Source of the DNA: Patescibacteria group bacterium
GTDB lineage: Bacteria; Patescibacteriota; Microgenomatia; Levybacterales; UBA12049
DNA length: 64,000 nt
Reading direction: 5' to 3'
Assembly (NCBI GenBank): GCA_035510555.1
Contig: DATKGX010000048.1
Location: forward strand, 12,148 to 76,147
This document shows positions 52,473 to 60,570 of the stretch, in pieces. The notes below the pieces were generated by a model. The model did no database searches, was not told the DNA's origin, and was given only the letters and a program-made list of their open reading frames with translations. The position numbers were made by a program, and so were the translations under genes. How positions within the stretch are numbered: position 1 is the first letter of the stretch; every line of letters starts with the position of its first letter.

Positions 52473-52982
52473 ATGAATAAACCAATATTATATATTTTAA
52501 GCGGTATGTCTTTTGCTGGAAAATCAGTATTAGCGAGAGAAATTGCTAAAACAAAATCTATTCCATATATTGATCCCGATGAGGTTTCTCGAGAAAGAGG
52601 ACTTGGACTAAATGGTGAATTTATTCCAGAAGAGATTTGGAAAGACATACATAAGGAAGCGGAACAGAGAGCCATAGAAATTTTAAAACAAGGAAAAAGT
52701 TTGGTTTATGATACAACTGCATTAATTAAAAAGGATCGTGATTATTTAAGAAATTTAGCTAATGAAAATGGAGCTGAACCATTAGTTATAATTGTAAACA
52801 TTTCTAGAGAAGACGCTTTTAAGAGATGGCAGGAAAATAATACAACCAATGAAAGATATGCAGTTCATATTAATGATTTTAATATGTGCGCTGATGGTTT
52901 TCAATTTCCCAAAGATGACGAGAAATTCATAGTCTATCAAGCTGGTCAAAATATTACTGAATGGCTAAGGAAAATAAATTAA
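52473..52982 (+). CDS. AAA_33-like P-loop kinase
   Basis: LSGMSFAGKS Walker A, I.PD, G.SLVYDTT....DR. Confidence 0.82.
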   Translation: MNKPILYILSGMSFAGKSVLAREIAKTKSIPYIDPDEVSRERGLGLNGEFIPEEIWKDIHKEAEQRAIEILKQGKSLVYDTTALIKKDRDYLRNLANENGAEPLVIIVNISREDAFKRWQENNTTNERYAVHINDFNMCADGFQFPKDDEKFIVYQAGQNITEWLRKIN

Positions 52983-53093
52983 ATCTACGAAGCGGAAACC
53001 ATTGCGCCCTTCAGAAGAAGTAGTACTTGATCAATCGTGAAAGTACCAAAAGAGGGGCAAGACCCCTAAGAAGCTTTCTGATATAATCAACTC

Positions 53094-53807
53094 ATGGAAG
53101 AAGAAATAAAAATCCCCCTTGGAGATAATAAGTTTGCTTATGGCACTCTAAGAGGAAACCTTGATCAACCCCTTATAATATTTGCTCACGGATTTACAGG
53201 AGATAAGAATCATCACATTTTTTTCAATGGTGCTAGGTTTTTTGAGAAACATGGAATTTCTTCATTTAGATTTAATTTCTATGGCGAGGAAGAAGATTCT
53301 AGGCAGTTAAATGATTGTAGCATCTCAAATCATGTCTCCGACTTAGATACAATAGTGTCATATTTTAGAGATAAAGCCAAAAACATTATTGTTGTTGGAC
53401 ATAGTTTTAGCGGAATAATAATACTTTCATCAAAAAAACAGCAGTTTGATAAAGCTATACTTTGGGATCCATCTTCTGATACTAAGAGCTGGTTAGTTAA
53501 AGACGCTAAATATATAAAAGAGCTTGGTCTATATTATTTCGATGACTGGGGAGTGTCATATACAATTGGAAAGCAGATGTATCAGGAATGCGTCGATTTT
53601 AACCCCGATCACCTATCCTCAAAATTTACAAAACCACTCAAAATAATTGTCGCAGGCAATGGAATACTTAAAGACGGTGGCCGAAAATATTTTGAACAAG
53701 CAAATCAGCCTAAAGAATTTGCTGTTATTGAGGGTGCGAGCCACAACTTTAATGAAGATGGGGTGGAAGAAAAGTTATTTCAAGAAACCCTTAATTGGAT
53801 AAAATAA
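53094..53807 (+). CDS. Alpha/beta hydrolase
   Basis: HGFTG, RFNF.G, GHSFSG nucleophile elbow, IEGASHNF. Confidence 0.88.
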   Translation: MEEEIKIPLGDNKFAYGTLRGNLDQPLIIFAHGFTGDKNHHIFFNGARFFEKHGISSFRFNFYGEEEDSRQLNDCSISNHVSDLDTIVSYFRDKAKNIIVVGHSFSGIIILSSKKQQFDKAILWDPSSDTKSWLVKDAKYIKELGLYYFDDWGVSYTIGKQMYQECVDFNPDHLSSKFTKPLKIIVAGNGILKDGGRKYFEQANQPKEFAVIEGASHNFNEDGVEEKLFQETLNWIK

Positions 53808-53808
53808 G

Positions 53809-53848
53809 TTCTAATATCGTCTATCCCTCGGAGCAAATTAGCCTCAAA
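53809..53848 (+). repeat. Inter-cassette 40-bp repeat, copy 1
   Basis: TTCTAATATCGTCTATCCCTCGGAGCAAATTAGCCTCAAA directly after stop codon. Confidence 0.85.
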
Positions 53849-53938
53849 TAGCGTACATTTTACCTGCCCATACTCTACTCAACCATTATCCTATTGACAA
53901 TTTGTCAATGATTAAGGATACTATAGACAGAGAAAAAT

Positions 53939-54532
53939 ATGACAGAACCAATAGACGCATCAAGGGGAGTTCCTGCTCCAGTAGAACCAACGGGTGAACA
54001 ACCTCAAATTCCTCAAGAGGATAGATATATATTTAATCCAGCAGAGTTTGACGAAAAAGCCGCAGCTGAGCTAAGAAGACATGAGGAATGGCTTAGGACT
54101 GAGGGCTGGAGAGAAGACAGAGCCAGGGAAACTCTTGATAGACAAAGACAAGATTTGGCTGAGAATAGAACTTGGTGTGAGGCTTATTCTGGGAAAGTGA
54201 AAAGAGAATGGGGCTGGGGGGAAGTGAATGAAAATGCTGGCTACCCATCTTGGGCTCACATAATTACAGATATTGAAGACCAAGGAGTACCTCTAACAGC
54301 TGTGGAGATTGATGCTGCTATAGACTATCCGCTATGGCATGTACCTGTATCTCTCGGAGAAAACAGGCCACTAACTCAAGAGCAACTAGACAGGTTAGCA
54401 ACTAAAAAGAACATGGTACGAGCAAAAACTTTTGAAAAAGACATTGCAGATGCCCAGTTGCGTATGGGTGTAGAACCTCAAGTGGTACAGCACGCTGTAG
54501 GTTTAAATCAAGCTGCTGGCCGAGTTGTATAA
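53939..54532 (+). CDS. Hypothetical protein
   Basis: 197-aa ORF between repeats; TTGACA-N17-GATACT upstream. Confidence 0.7.
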   Translation: MTEPIDASRGVPAPVEPTGEQPQIPQEDRYIFNPAEFDEKAAAELRRHEEWLRTEGWREDRARETLDRQRQDLAENRTWCEAYSGKVKREWGWGEVNENAGYPSWAHIITDIEDQGVPLTAVEIDAAIDYPLWHVPVSLGENRPLTQEQLDRLATKKNMVRAKTFEKDIADAQLRMGVEPQVVQHAVGLNQAAGRVV

Positions 54533-54537
54533 CTAGC

Positions 54538-54577
54538 CTCTAACATCCTCTATCCCTCGGAGTTACGTAGCCTCAAT
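54538..54577 (+). repeat. Inter-cassette 40-bp repeat, copy 2
   Basis: CTCTAACATCCTCTATCCCTCGGAGTTACGTAGCCTCAAT; 32/40 identical to copy 1, gapless. Confidence 0.85.
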
Positions 54578-54597
54578 TGTGATATAATCCCCTAAAT

Positions 54598-55116
54598 ATG
54601 CCAGAAGGAGATAATTCACAAAGACAAGAAGTAGCAAGAAATGCAGAATTCGCCGGAATAATGGCAGAGGCGATAAAAAGACATGTTCAATATCCAGATA
54701 AATCAGCAACTGAACATGAATATCTGCTAGGATCTCTCGAAATTCCTGTAACTTTTTACTATCAAGGTGCTTCAAGATGTGCAATAAAAATAGACTGGAA
54801 TGACGATTGGGATGTAACTTATCACGTTGATCCTGAAGGTGTAATTAAAACAGGCTTTATTGACCCAAGAGAAACAACCGGTGACCCTTGCACATTCTGG
54901 GAAAATGATCCAGCGGAAATTGAAGACCACAAGCGTTTTGGGCGTAGATTTCTTCCTGCGCCTGCTGCCAATTCAATAGAGAAAAGTTTAATTAGTCAAT
55001 TAGCACAACATCCAATGCAAGGACAAAAAATCCTGTTGGATATTGCGGAGCATGCAGCGTGGAAAAATTATGAGATATGCCCCCAATTCCTCTCTGAACC
55101 AGAGGGAGCAAATTAG
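54598..55116 (+). CDS. Hypothetical protein
   Basis: 172-aa ORF; TGATATAAT upstream; stop codon lies within repeat copy 3. Confidence 0.7.
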   Translation: MPEGDNSQRQEVARNAEFAGIMAEAIKRHVQYPDKSATEHEYLLGSLEIPVTFYYQGASRCAIKIDWNDDWDVTYHVDPEGVIKTGFIDPRETTGDPCTFWENDPAEIEDHKRFGRRFLPAPAANSIEKSLISQLAQHPMQGQKILLDIAEHAAWKNYEICPQFLSEPEGAN

Positions 55117-55121
55117 CCTCA
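55105..55121 (+). repeat. Inter-cassette repeat, partial copy 3
   Basis: GGAGCAAATTAGCCTCA, exact 17-nt match to 53830-53846. Confidence 0.75.
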
Positions 55122-55149
55122 GAAAGCAGCTTCTGCTATAATCAGTCCA

Positions 55150-55590
55150 ATGACTTATTCAACTCACAAATTAAAACAAGAAGATCTTAGTAGTTTTGTT
55201 GATTTATGGAATCAAGATCCTGAAGCTTTAGCAACAAGTAAACGTGTGATGACATTAGATTTAGCACAAGATGGGTTTAAAGAGAATTATTTTGATTACT
55301 ATTTTGGTCTGTACGAAAATAATAAACTAATTGGCTTTATTCTTATAAAGAATATCGATGATAATATTTGGTTAAAACATATGTTAATTGATAATGGCGA
55401 AAGAGGGAAAGGGCTTGGAAAAATGTTTTTATCGGAAGTTCTCAAAATTGTTAACAATAGAATATTAACGGAAGTTGTTGAGGACAATGATAGGGCAAAA
55501 AAGTTTTATATAGATAATGGTTTTAGGGAAATTCGTTTTGATCAAGAAAGTAGGGATTATATTTTGGAATATATCCCATCACTGATATAA
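55150..55590 (+). CDS. GNAT-family N-acetyltransferase
   Basis: LIGF, ERGKGLGK acetyl-CoA motif, N.RAKKFY..NGF. Confidence 0.9.
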   Translation: MTYSTHKLKQEDLSSFVDLWNQDPEALATSKRVMTLDLAQDGFKENYFDYYFGLYENNKLIGFILIKNIDDNIWLKHMLIDNGERGKGLGKMFLSEVLKIVNNRILTEVVEDNDRAKKFYIDNGFREIRFDQESRDYILEYIPSLI

Positions 55591-55597
55591 TCAACTT

Positions 55598-55999
55598 ATG
55601 AATAAAAAAGTATTAGAAATGTTTGCCAAAAGCACATTTAGCGTCTCTGAACAGAAATACATTTACGCAAAAGTTAAAAGTGTACCTACGTTATCTATTC
55701 ATTTTTTTGTTTCTCAAGACAAGGATGAAATAACTGTAGTAACTGAAGAGAATAACATTTCCTCCTTAGATTTAATCGAAAAGAATGATAATCTCTGGAG
55801 ATTAGTATCTCTTAATTTAGAAACGTCTTTTATGGCAGGGACATTAGCGATAATTAATTCTGCTTGTGCAGAAAAAGGATTGAATAACTTAATTATTTCA
55901 ACTTATTCGAAGGACTACTTAATCATAAAAGATTTACAAGCAAATCAAATAAGAGAAGTTTTGACCACTCTTGGATTTAATGAAAAATCCCTAAAATAG
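55598..55999 (+). CDS. ACT-domain protein
   Basis: DKDEITVV, WRLVSL......AG.LA.I...A..G....IISTYSKDYLII. Confidence 0.75.
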   Translation: MNKKVLEMFAKSTFSVSEQKYIYAKVKSVPTLSIHFFVSQDKDEITVVTEENNISSLDLIEKNDNLWRLVSLNLETSFMAGTLAIINSACAEKGLNNLIISTYSKDYLIIKDLQANQIREVLTTLGFNEKSLK

Positions 56000-56000
56000 A

Positions 56001-56040
56001 TTCTAATGTCCTCTATTCATCGGAGCTGCATAGTCTCAAA
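56001..56040 (+). repeat. Inter-cassette 40-bp repeat, copy 4
   Basis: TTCTAATGTCCTCTATTCATCGGAGCTGCATAGTCTCAAA; 31/40 identical to copy 1, gapless. Confidence 0.85.
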
Positions 56041-56062
56041 ATATTTCTGATATAATCTACCT

Positions 56063-56569
56063 ATGGAAATTGTTGATGTTGTTGATAAAGATTTAAACAT
56101 CCTATGCCAAATTTCAAAACAAGAAGCCCACGAAAAAGGATTACTGCATAAATGTGTTATTGCTGAGGTTACCAACTCCAAAGGCGAAATGATGCTTATT
56201 AAACCATATAGTCATAAGCAAGATGCCGGACAATATGTTTCGCCTGTTGGGGGACATGTATCTGCAGGAGAATCAGACGAAGATGCCTTGAAAAGAGAAG
56301 TTATGGAAGAAATTGGAATGAAAGATTTTACATACAAGCTCAAGGGAAAAGGAATTTTTAACAGATTCGTTCTTAATCGTCATGAGAATCACTATTTCCT
56401 TCTGTATGAAATATTTACAGACGAAGCTCCTCAGCTAGGAGACGAAGCTGAAACATATAAGTGGTTTACTAAAGAAGAGCTAAAAAAAGAATTAAAGGAA
56501 AATACTAAGGATTTTGGTGACGCATATATCTTTATTCTTAACAATTTTTACCCTGAATTATTAAAATAG
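56063..56569 (+). CDS. NUDIX hydrolase (IDI-like)
   Basis: AHEKGLLH, GGHVSAGESDEDALKREVMEEIG Nudix box. Confidence 0.92.
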   Translation: MEIVDVVDKDLNILCQISKQEAHEKGLLHKCVIAEVTNSKGEMMLIKPYSHKQDAGQYVSPVGGHVSAGESDEDALKREVMEEIGMKDFTYKLKGKGIFNRFVLNRHENHYFLLYEIFTDEAPQLGDEAETYKWFTKEELKKELKENTKDFGDAYIFILNNFYPELLK

Positions 56570-56573
56570 CAAG

Positions 56574-56618
56574 TTCTAATGTCCTCTATTCTTCGGAGCT
56601 CAATATTTTATCCTCAAA
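56574..56618 (+). repeat. Inter-cassette repeat, copy 5 (5-nt longer spacer)
   Basis: TTCTAATGTCCTCTATTCTTCGGAGCT (26/27 identical to copy 4) ... TATCCTCAAA. Confidence 0.85.
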
Positions 56619-56641
56619 AACCTTGTGATATAATCGAATTT

Positions 56642-57124
56642 ATGAATGAGAGATTTACTCCTCAAGAGCTTTATGATTTTATAGATAGAGCAGGCAAGGC
56701 AACCTATGCAGGAGGTGGAAAATATGAAGAGCATCCAGAGCGACCTGGATTTTTTGAATTAGTCTACGATAAAGAATTGCCTTGGTATTACAGGGATAGC
56801 TATGCAGGACATTCTAGGTCTGGAGGACAAGAGGTTGTTAGATTGAATGATGAATTAATTTGGTGGTCAGGATATGGTGGAGGCATGGTTGAAGGAAGAG
56901 AAGACATGTCCAATCAAACTTTTGATTTTCTTAAGAAGGCTCTATCCCAAGACGATGAAGGATTTAAATCTCTAAGAGGTCCTCATGAATTTGCGGATGG
57001 AGATTGGAAATATGCCTATACCCAAGATGGAGATATAACAGATTTTTATGGATATGAAGAGATTTCCTACAAAGGAGAAAAAGTGTTCTGGCACAGAGCG
57101 GTTGGCGGAATATTAAAGAAATAA
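56642..57124 (+). CDS. DUF5680-like protein
   Basis: Start moved to ATG 56642 (the ORF-track N-terminus is the repeat); KATYAG, YRDSY.G....GQEVV, F.FLKKAL, RGP..F, G.E.I. Confidence 0.75.
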   Translation: MNERFTPQELYDFIDRAGKATYAGGGKYEEHPERPGFFELVYDKELPWYYRDSYAGHSRSGGQEVVRLNDELIWWSGYGGGMVEGREDMSNQTFDFLKKALSQDDEGFKSLRGPHEFADGDWKYAYTQDGDITDFYGYEEISYKGEKVFWHRAVGGILKK

Positions 57125-57168
57125 CGCCCATCCCACGAAAATAGCCTCAAAAACTAACTGCATAAAAA

Positions 57169-57531
57169 TTATTTTGAATTATACCATTGATGAAATTCTG
57201 TACATTTACCGTTTTCATCTAGGATCACTTTATAAATTCCATCTAATTCTGCCTTTTCCCCTGAAGATAATCTCGTAAAAGTTGCGTGCCAATGAGCAAT
57301 ACCAATGTTATTCTCTAAACTTAATATTTCGTAAGTTACTTTTATATCATCCTGATCTAAAACAGTTTGCCACTCTTGTAATAATTTCTCTTTAGTAGTT
57401 ATCAGGTCATCAAAAGGAGTTTCATACCATAAAAACTTTTCAGCAACCAAATCCAAAACTCCATTAGGATTTTTTGGCTCCCAAACATTTATAAGTTTTT
57501 TCAACCAATCTTCAAATTGTTCTTTTGTCAT
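57169..57531 (-). CDS. SnoaL/NTF2-like protein
   Basis: W...W....P..V..L.....Y.ETPF, AHW.ATF, LDGIY....D..GKC.EF.QW. Confidence 0.8.
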   Translation of the reverse strand: MTKEQFEDWLKKLINVWEPKNPNGVLDLVAEKFLWYETPFDDLITTKEKLLQEWQTVLDQDDIKVTYEILSLENNIGIAHWHATFTRLSSGEKAELDGIYKVILDENGKCTEFHQWYNSK

Positions 57532-57741
57532 TAAAAATATTATATCAAATTACCCAGCCTTGGCGGCACAGATATTCAAATCTTCGCTAAGTAGTTATTT
57601 TTGCAGTTTACAAGAATTTTCTTCTACTTATATTTAAGTAAACATAGATGTAAGGAGCTTGATGTTAATTAAAATAATGGCGTTTATAGATTGTCTAAAC
57701 TATTAACCCAGTAAGGGGAAATCGAAAGAACTATTATTAAG

Positions 57742-58560
57742 TCACATTGCAACGTTAGTGTTTGATCCTACTTTATACACAAGAACTCTAGTGAAATTTT
57801 GTCCTGATGTGGGTCTTCTTTTTATGGGTTCGGGATTTCTTGGATCCGTCGTTTTCATGTAGTCTAGCGCACTTGCTTCTTTCCCTTCCGGCCAATCTCT
57901 GGCTTCGACAATCCCATATTTATCATTTTCTGCCCTATACCCAGTATAACTTCTAACTATATTCGTACCATCGCCCCATCTACCACCAACAGCCGGCATT
58001 AATTCTGCTTTTGTCTTATCAATCCCAAGCACATCATATGTTGACTGTATCGCTTCTTCCCTACCAACATAGTCATCCGGTATATCAACGAATACGCCAT
58101 AAGCTCCGTGTTTCTGGGTGTTTACTTCTGCTACCGCATCTAATAATGCGTCTTTAGCGTCTCTTGATTCTGGGTGTCTAGCAGCGCTAAGAGCTCTTCG
58201 TCTCTCTATCAATGTGCGCTCCGCTACAAGTAATTCTCTTGCGGCTTCAGTAACAGCAGGTATTCTTCCTAAAATCTCTTCAGCTTTAGCATCTTGTCCT
58301 AGTCTTTTTAATTCACTTGCCGCTCTATGATAGCTACTCTTAACCTCAGACGCTAGTTGCTGCTCTTCGGGATCTAGTTCCTCTGAATGAGCTTCTTGTA
58401 GTTCCGCATTCTCTGCTACTTCAGCAGATGGAACGGGCGAATATGCTCCTGCTGTTTCGGGATGTTGTTGCGGTTCAGCTGAAACGGGAGCTGCTTGTGC
58501 TTCCGCGGCTACTTGAGATGTTGCTCCGGCTGGCGGTTCTCCTCCGAATGGATTAGTCAT
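57742..58560 (-). CDS. Hypothetical protein with A/E/P/Q-rich N-terminus
   Basis: Start moved to ATG 58560; TTGACA and CATAAT upstream, the latter 6 nt before ATG. Confidence 0.7.
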   Translation of the reverse strand: MTNPFGGEPPAGATSQVAAEAQAAPVSAEPQQHPETAGAYSPVPSAEVAENAELQEAHSEELDPEEQQLASEVKSSYHRAASELKRLGQDAKAEEILGRIPAVTEAARELLVAERTLIERRRALSAARHPESRDAKDALLDAVAEVNTQKHGAYGVFVDIPDDYVGREEAIQSTYDVLGIDKTKAELMPAVGGRWGDGTNIVRSYTGYRAENDKYGIVEARDWPEGKEASALDYMKTTDPRNPEPIKRRPTSGQNFTRVLVYKVGSNTNVAM

Positions 58561-58703
58561 AAGCTTATTATGAATGAAATTTTTAGATATTGTCAATAGC
58601 TATATCTAAAATAATAAAGGAGCATTAATCCATTTGTAAAATCCATTGCCAATCAATAACCGCAGGCGTATAATTTTGCTAAAGAATAAATTAAATCATA
58701 TTT

Positions 58704-59522
58704 ATGAGTAAAAATTATTTTTCATTTATAGATGAAAGCGGTAATTCCTCCCAAGAAAGATATTTTGGATTGGGACTTTTGGTGATAGATGATGAAATTG
58801 GTGACTTCTATGATTCAATGAAATCTTTCTATGACAAAGCAAAAGATGTTGCTCGTGCTCAGAAAACAGCAAGAATTGCAGACCTGACAAAAAAAGAAGA
58901 ATACGAGCAGATTGCGGAAATAGCAAAAAGCACAAGAAGCTTTGAATTAAAATTTAAATATATTAATTCAACAAATAATACTATTTACAGTTCCTTGTTG
59001 GATAATTATTTTAAGTTTCCGAATGTAAGATTTTGCGCTCTTGTTATTGATAGACAAAAACAAAATACAAAATCTAGCTGGGCACCTGTTATTAACCCGT
59101 GGGAAACTTATATCTTGCAAGCATCCATGTTAATCGCAAACAATATTAAAAATATTTCTCCATGCAATCTGTGCATCTTGGCAGATGATTTAACTAGACC
59201 TTCTGATATTAAGAAGTCGTTTGAGCGTTCACTGGCGGATGCAATTAAATATAGATTAACAAAAAATAAAATGCCAGATACTGTATTTGGAGTAAGTAGA
59301 CTTGAATCGCATTCGTCTTTGTTATTACAAGTCGTTGATATTTTACTTGGTGCAGTAATGTATGATTTCAAAAAATCAGCGGGGTTAATTTCAGATAAAC
59401 TTTCTGAGAAACAAGAGATAGTTGTTGATAACTTAAAACAAAAATTGGGGACTACTAGTTTAGCTCAAAATAAAACTTATCATAAGCCAAGCTATTTTTC
59501 TGTGTGGGAATTAAGTAAATAA
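58704..59522 (+). CDS. DUF3800-family protein
   Basis: N-terminal FIDESGN....YF.LG, ELKF, C-terminal SHSS.LLQVVD.LLG. Confidence 0.85.
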   Translation: MSKNYFSFIDESGNSSQERYFGLGLLVIDDEIGDFYDSMKSFYDKAKDVARAQKTARIADLTKKEEYEQIAEIAKSTRSFELKFKYINSTNNTIYSSLLDNYFKFPNVRFCALVIDRQKQNTKSSWAPVINPWETYILQASMLIANNIKNISPCNLCILADDLTRPSDIKKSFERSLADAIKYRLTKNKMPDTVFGVSRLESHSSLLLQVVDILLGAVMYDFKKSAGLISDKLSEKQEIVVDNLKQKLGTTSLAQNKTYHKPSYFSVWELSK

Positions 59523-59523
59523 A

Positions 59524-59559
59524 AATGCGGGTCATGGACAAGAAACCCACACCCGCATT
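59524..59559. other. Stem-loop immediately after DUF3800 (terminator or small RNA)
   Basis: AATGCGGGT-N18-ACCCGCATT. Confidence 0.55.
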
Positions 59560-59688
59560 AGTGATTATATCGTAACCGATTCTAAAATACAAAGTCAAGT
59601 GAATAAAGTATTTTGACATAGAAAGTTGTAGTTGAAAATCCTCGTGAAACTATCTCAAATTTACTCTTCGTGTTATAATACACTCGAT

Positions 59689-59898
59689 ATGGATAGTCCT
59701 GAAAACAAGAAAACGCTTGGAGATAAATTCAGAATTGCCAGAGAGGAACAAAACCTTACGCAGTTACAGGTGGCAAAAAAAGCCGGCATTAGCGTTAATT
59801 ACTACGCAAGAGTTGAAAGAGGCGATCCAGATGCAAGGTGGAGCGTTATAAATAGTATTGCTAAGGCATTAGGAATAAACGTAAAACTTCCTATTTAA
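59689..59898 (+). CDS. XRE-family HTH transcriptional regulator
   Basis: Start moved to ATG 59689; LG.KFR.ARE...LTQ.QVA.KAGIS..YY.RVERG...P....I..IAKALG. Confidence 0.92.
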   Translation: MDSPENKKTLGDKFRIAREEQNLTQLQVAKKAGISVNYYARVERGDPDARWSVINSIAKALGINVKLPI

Positions 59899-59922
59899 AA
59901 TAACTGTTAAAGTTCTTTCCCT

Positions 59923-60074
59923 TTAGTTAATTTTTCTAGTATAATATGCTTCGGAGTAACCAGTGTCTTTTGATAAAAATATATCGTTTTCAGCTTCCTT
60001 TTGCCCTTGATACGAAAGCACAATTTTCTGTATCCAAGGCAGGAAGTGTTCAAAAGAAAATGCACTGGCGGTAC
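59923..60074 (-). repeat. Right end of element 1: 152-bp att arm encoding the in-frame C-terminal tail of the recombinase
   Basis: Gapless match to 60926-61077 (about 118/152 by manual count); translates TAS-AFSFEHFLPWIQKIVLSYQGQKEAENDIFLSKDTGYSEAYYTRKIN*. Confidence 0.8.
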
Positions 60075-60318
60075 TCAGTGAGATAACGCTCAAAAAAAGC
60101 TATTTTTAGCCTCGGGATTGTGTTCAATTTCGAAGTTTTCAGAAAAATTTTTTTGAAGCTAATTTTCCGCAGACGCGATTGAGAGTTGAACACTTTCAGG
60201 GCTGTTAAAATCCAACGCCTCTGAGCATGTCGGTATAGAACCATTCTATCGTTATAGCGGTATCTCGTCCCTGATACTAAATTAGTTAGGCTAATGAGGA
60301 ATATTTCTTTTATTTGAA

Positions 60319-60570
60319 TTATTCATAGACTGTTGCTCTATGTCCCGCAGTAAGAATGTCTACTACTTTATCTTTTTTATTAACCTTATAAATTATTCTA
60401 TACACACCTACTCGAAAAGAAAATTTGCCTGTAAGTTCCATGGTTAAGGGCTTACCTAAAAAAGGTTCTTCTTTTATTTCCGCGAATGCCAAAATGATTG
60501 CTTTTTGATGAGGATGTGATATTTTTTTAATTTCGCTTTCTGCTCTTGAAGAAATTCGTAATTTATACAT
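60319..60570 (-). CDS. RelE/ParE-family toxin
   Basis: Y.L.IS..A..E.KK, GKPL..EL.G..SFRVG.YRIIY.V......V.IL..GHR..VY. Confidence 0.92.
   Translation of the reverse strand: MYKLRISSRAESEIKKISHPHQKAIILAFAEIKEEPFLGKPLTMELTGKFSFRVGVYRIIYKVNKKDKVVDILTAGHRATVYE

Larger units (their letters stand above)
45567..60074. mobile_element. Integrative (mobilizable) element inserted in the 3' end of tRNA-Glu
   Basis: Direct repeat CTGGCGGTACTCAGTGAGA at 45567-45585 and 60065-60083; serine recombinase at the tRNA end; VirD4-like and Replic_Relax-like genes. Confidence 0.88.

Noticed and set aside
53809-57153. CRISPR array
   Set aside because: Repeats are degenerate and separated by whole genes of 0.5-0.9 kb; no cas genes
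52461-57153. Canonical integron
   Set aside because: No IntI in the window; repeats are too short and lack conserved AAC/GTT; genes carry their own promoters
57560-57569. TTGGCGGCAC as a secondary att core
   Set aside because: Only 8/10 match and no flanking arm similarity
57156-57608. AACTGCA...TGCAGTT inverted repeats around the reversed SnoaL gene (invertible segment)
   Set aside because: Only 7 exact bp plus A/T runs; compatible with chance
60050-60244. ORF as a recombinase remnant of element 2
   Set aside because: Different frame from the tail and no visible similarity to the LSR C-terminus
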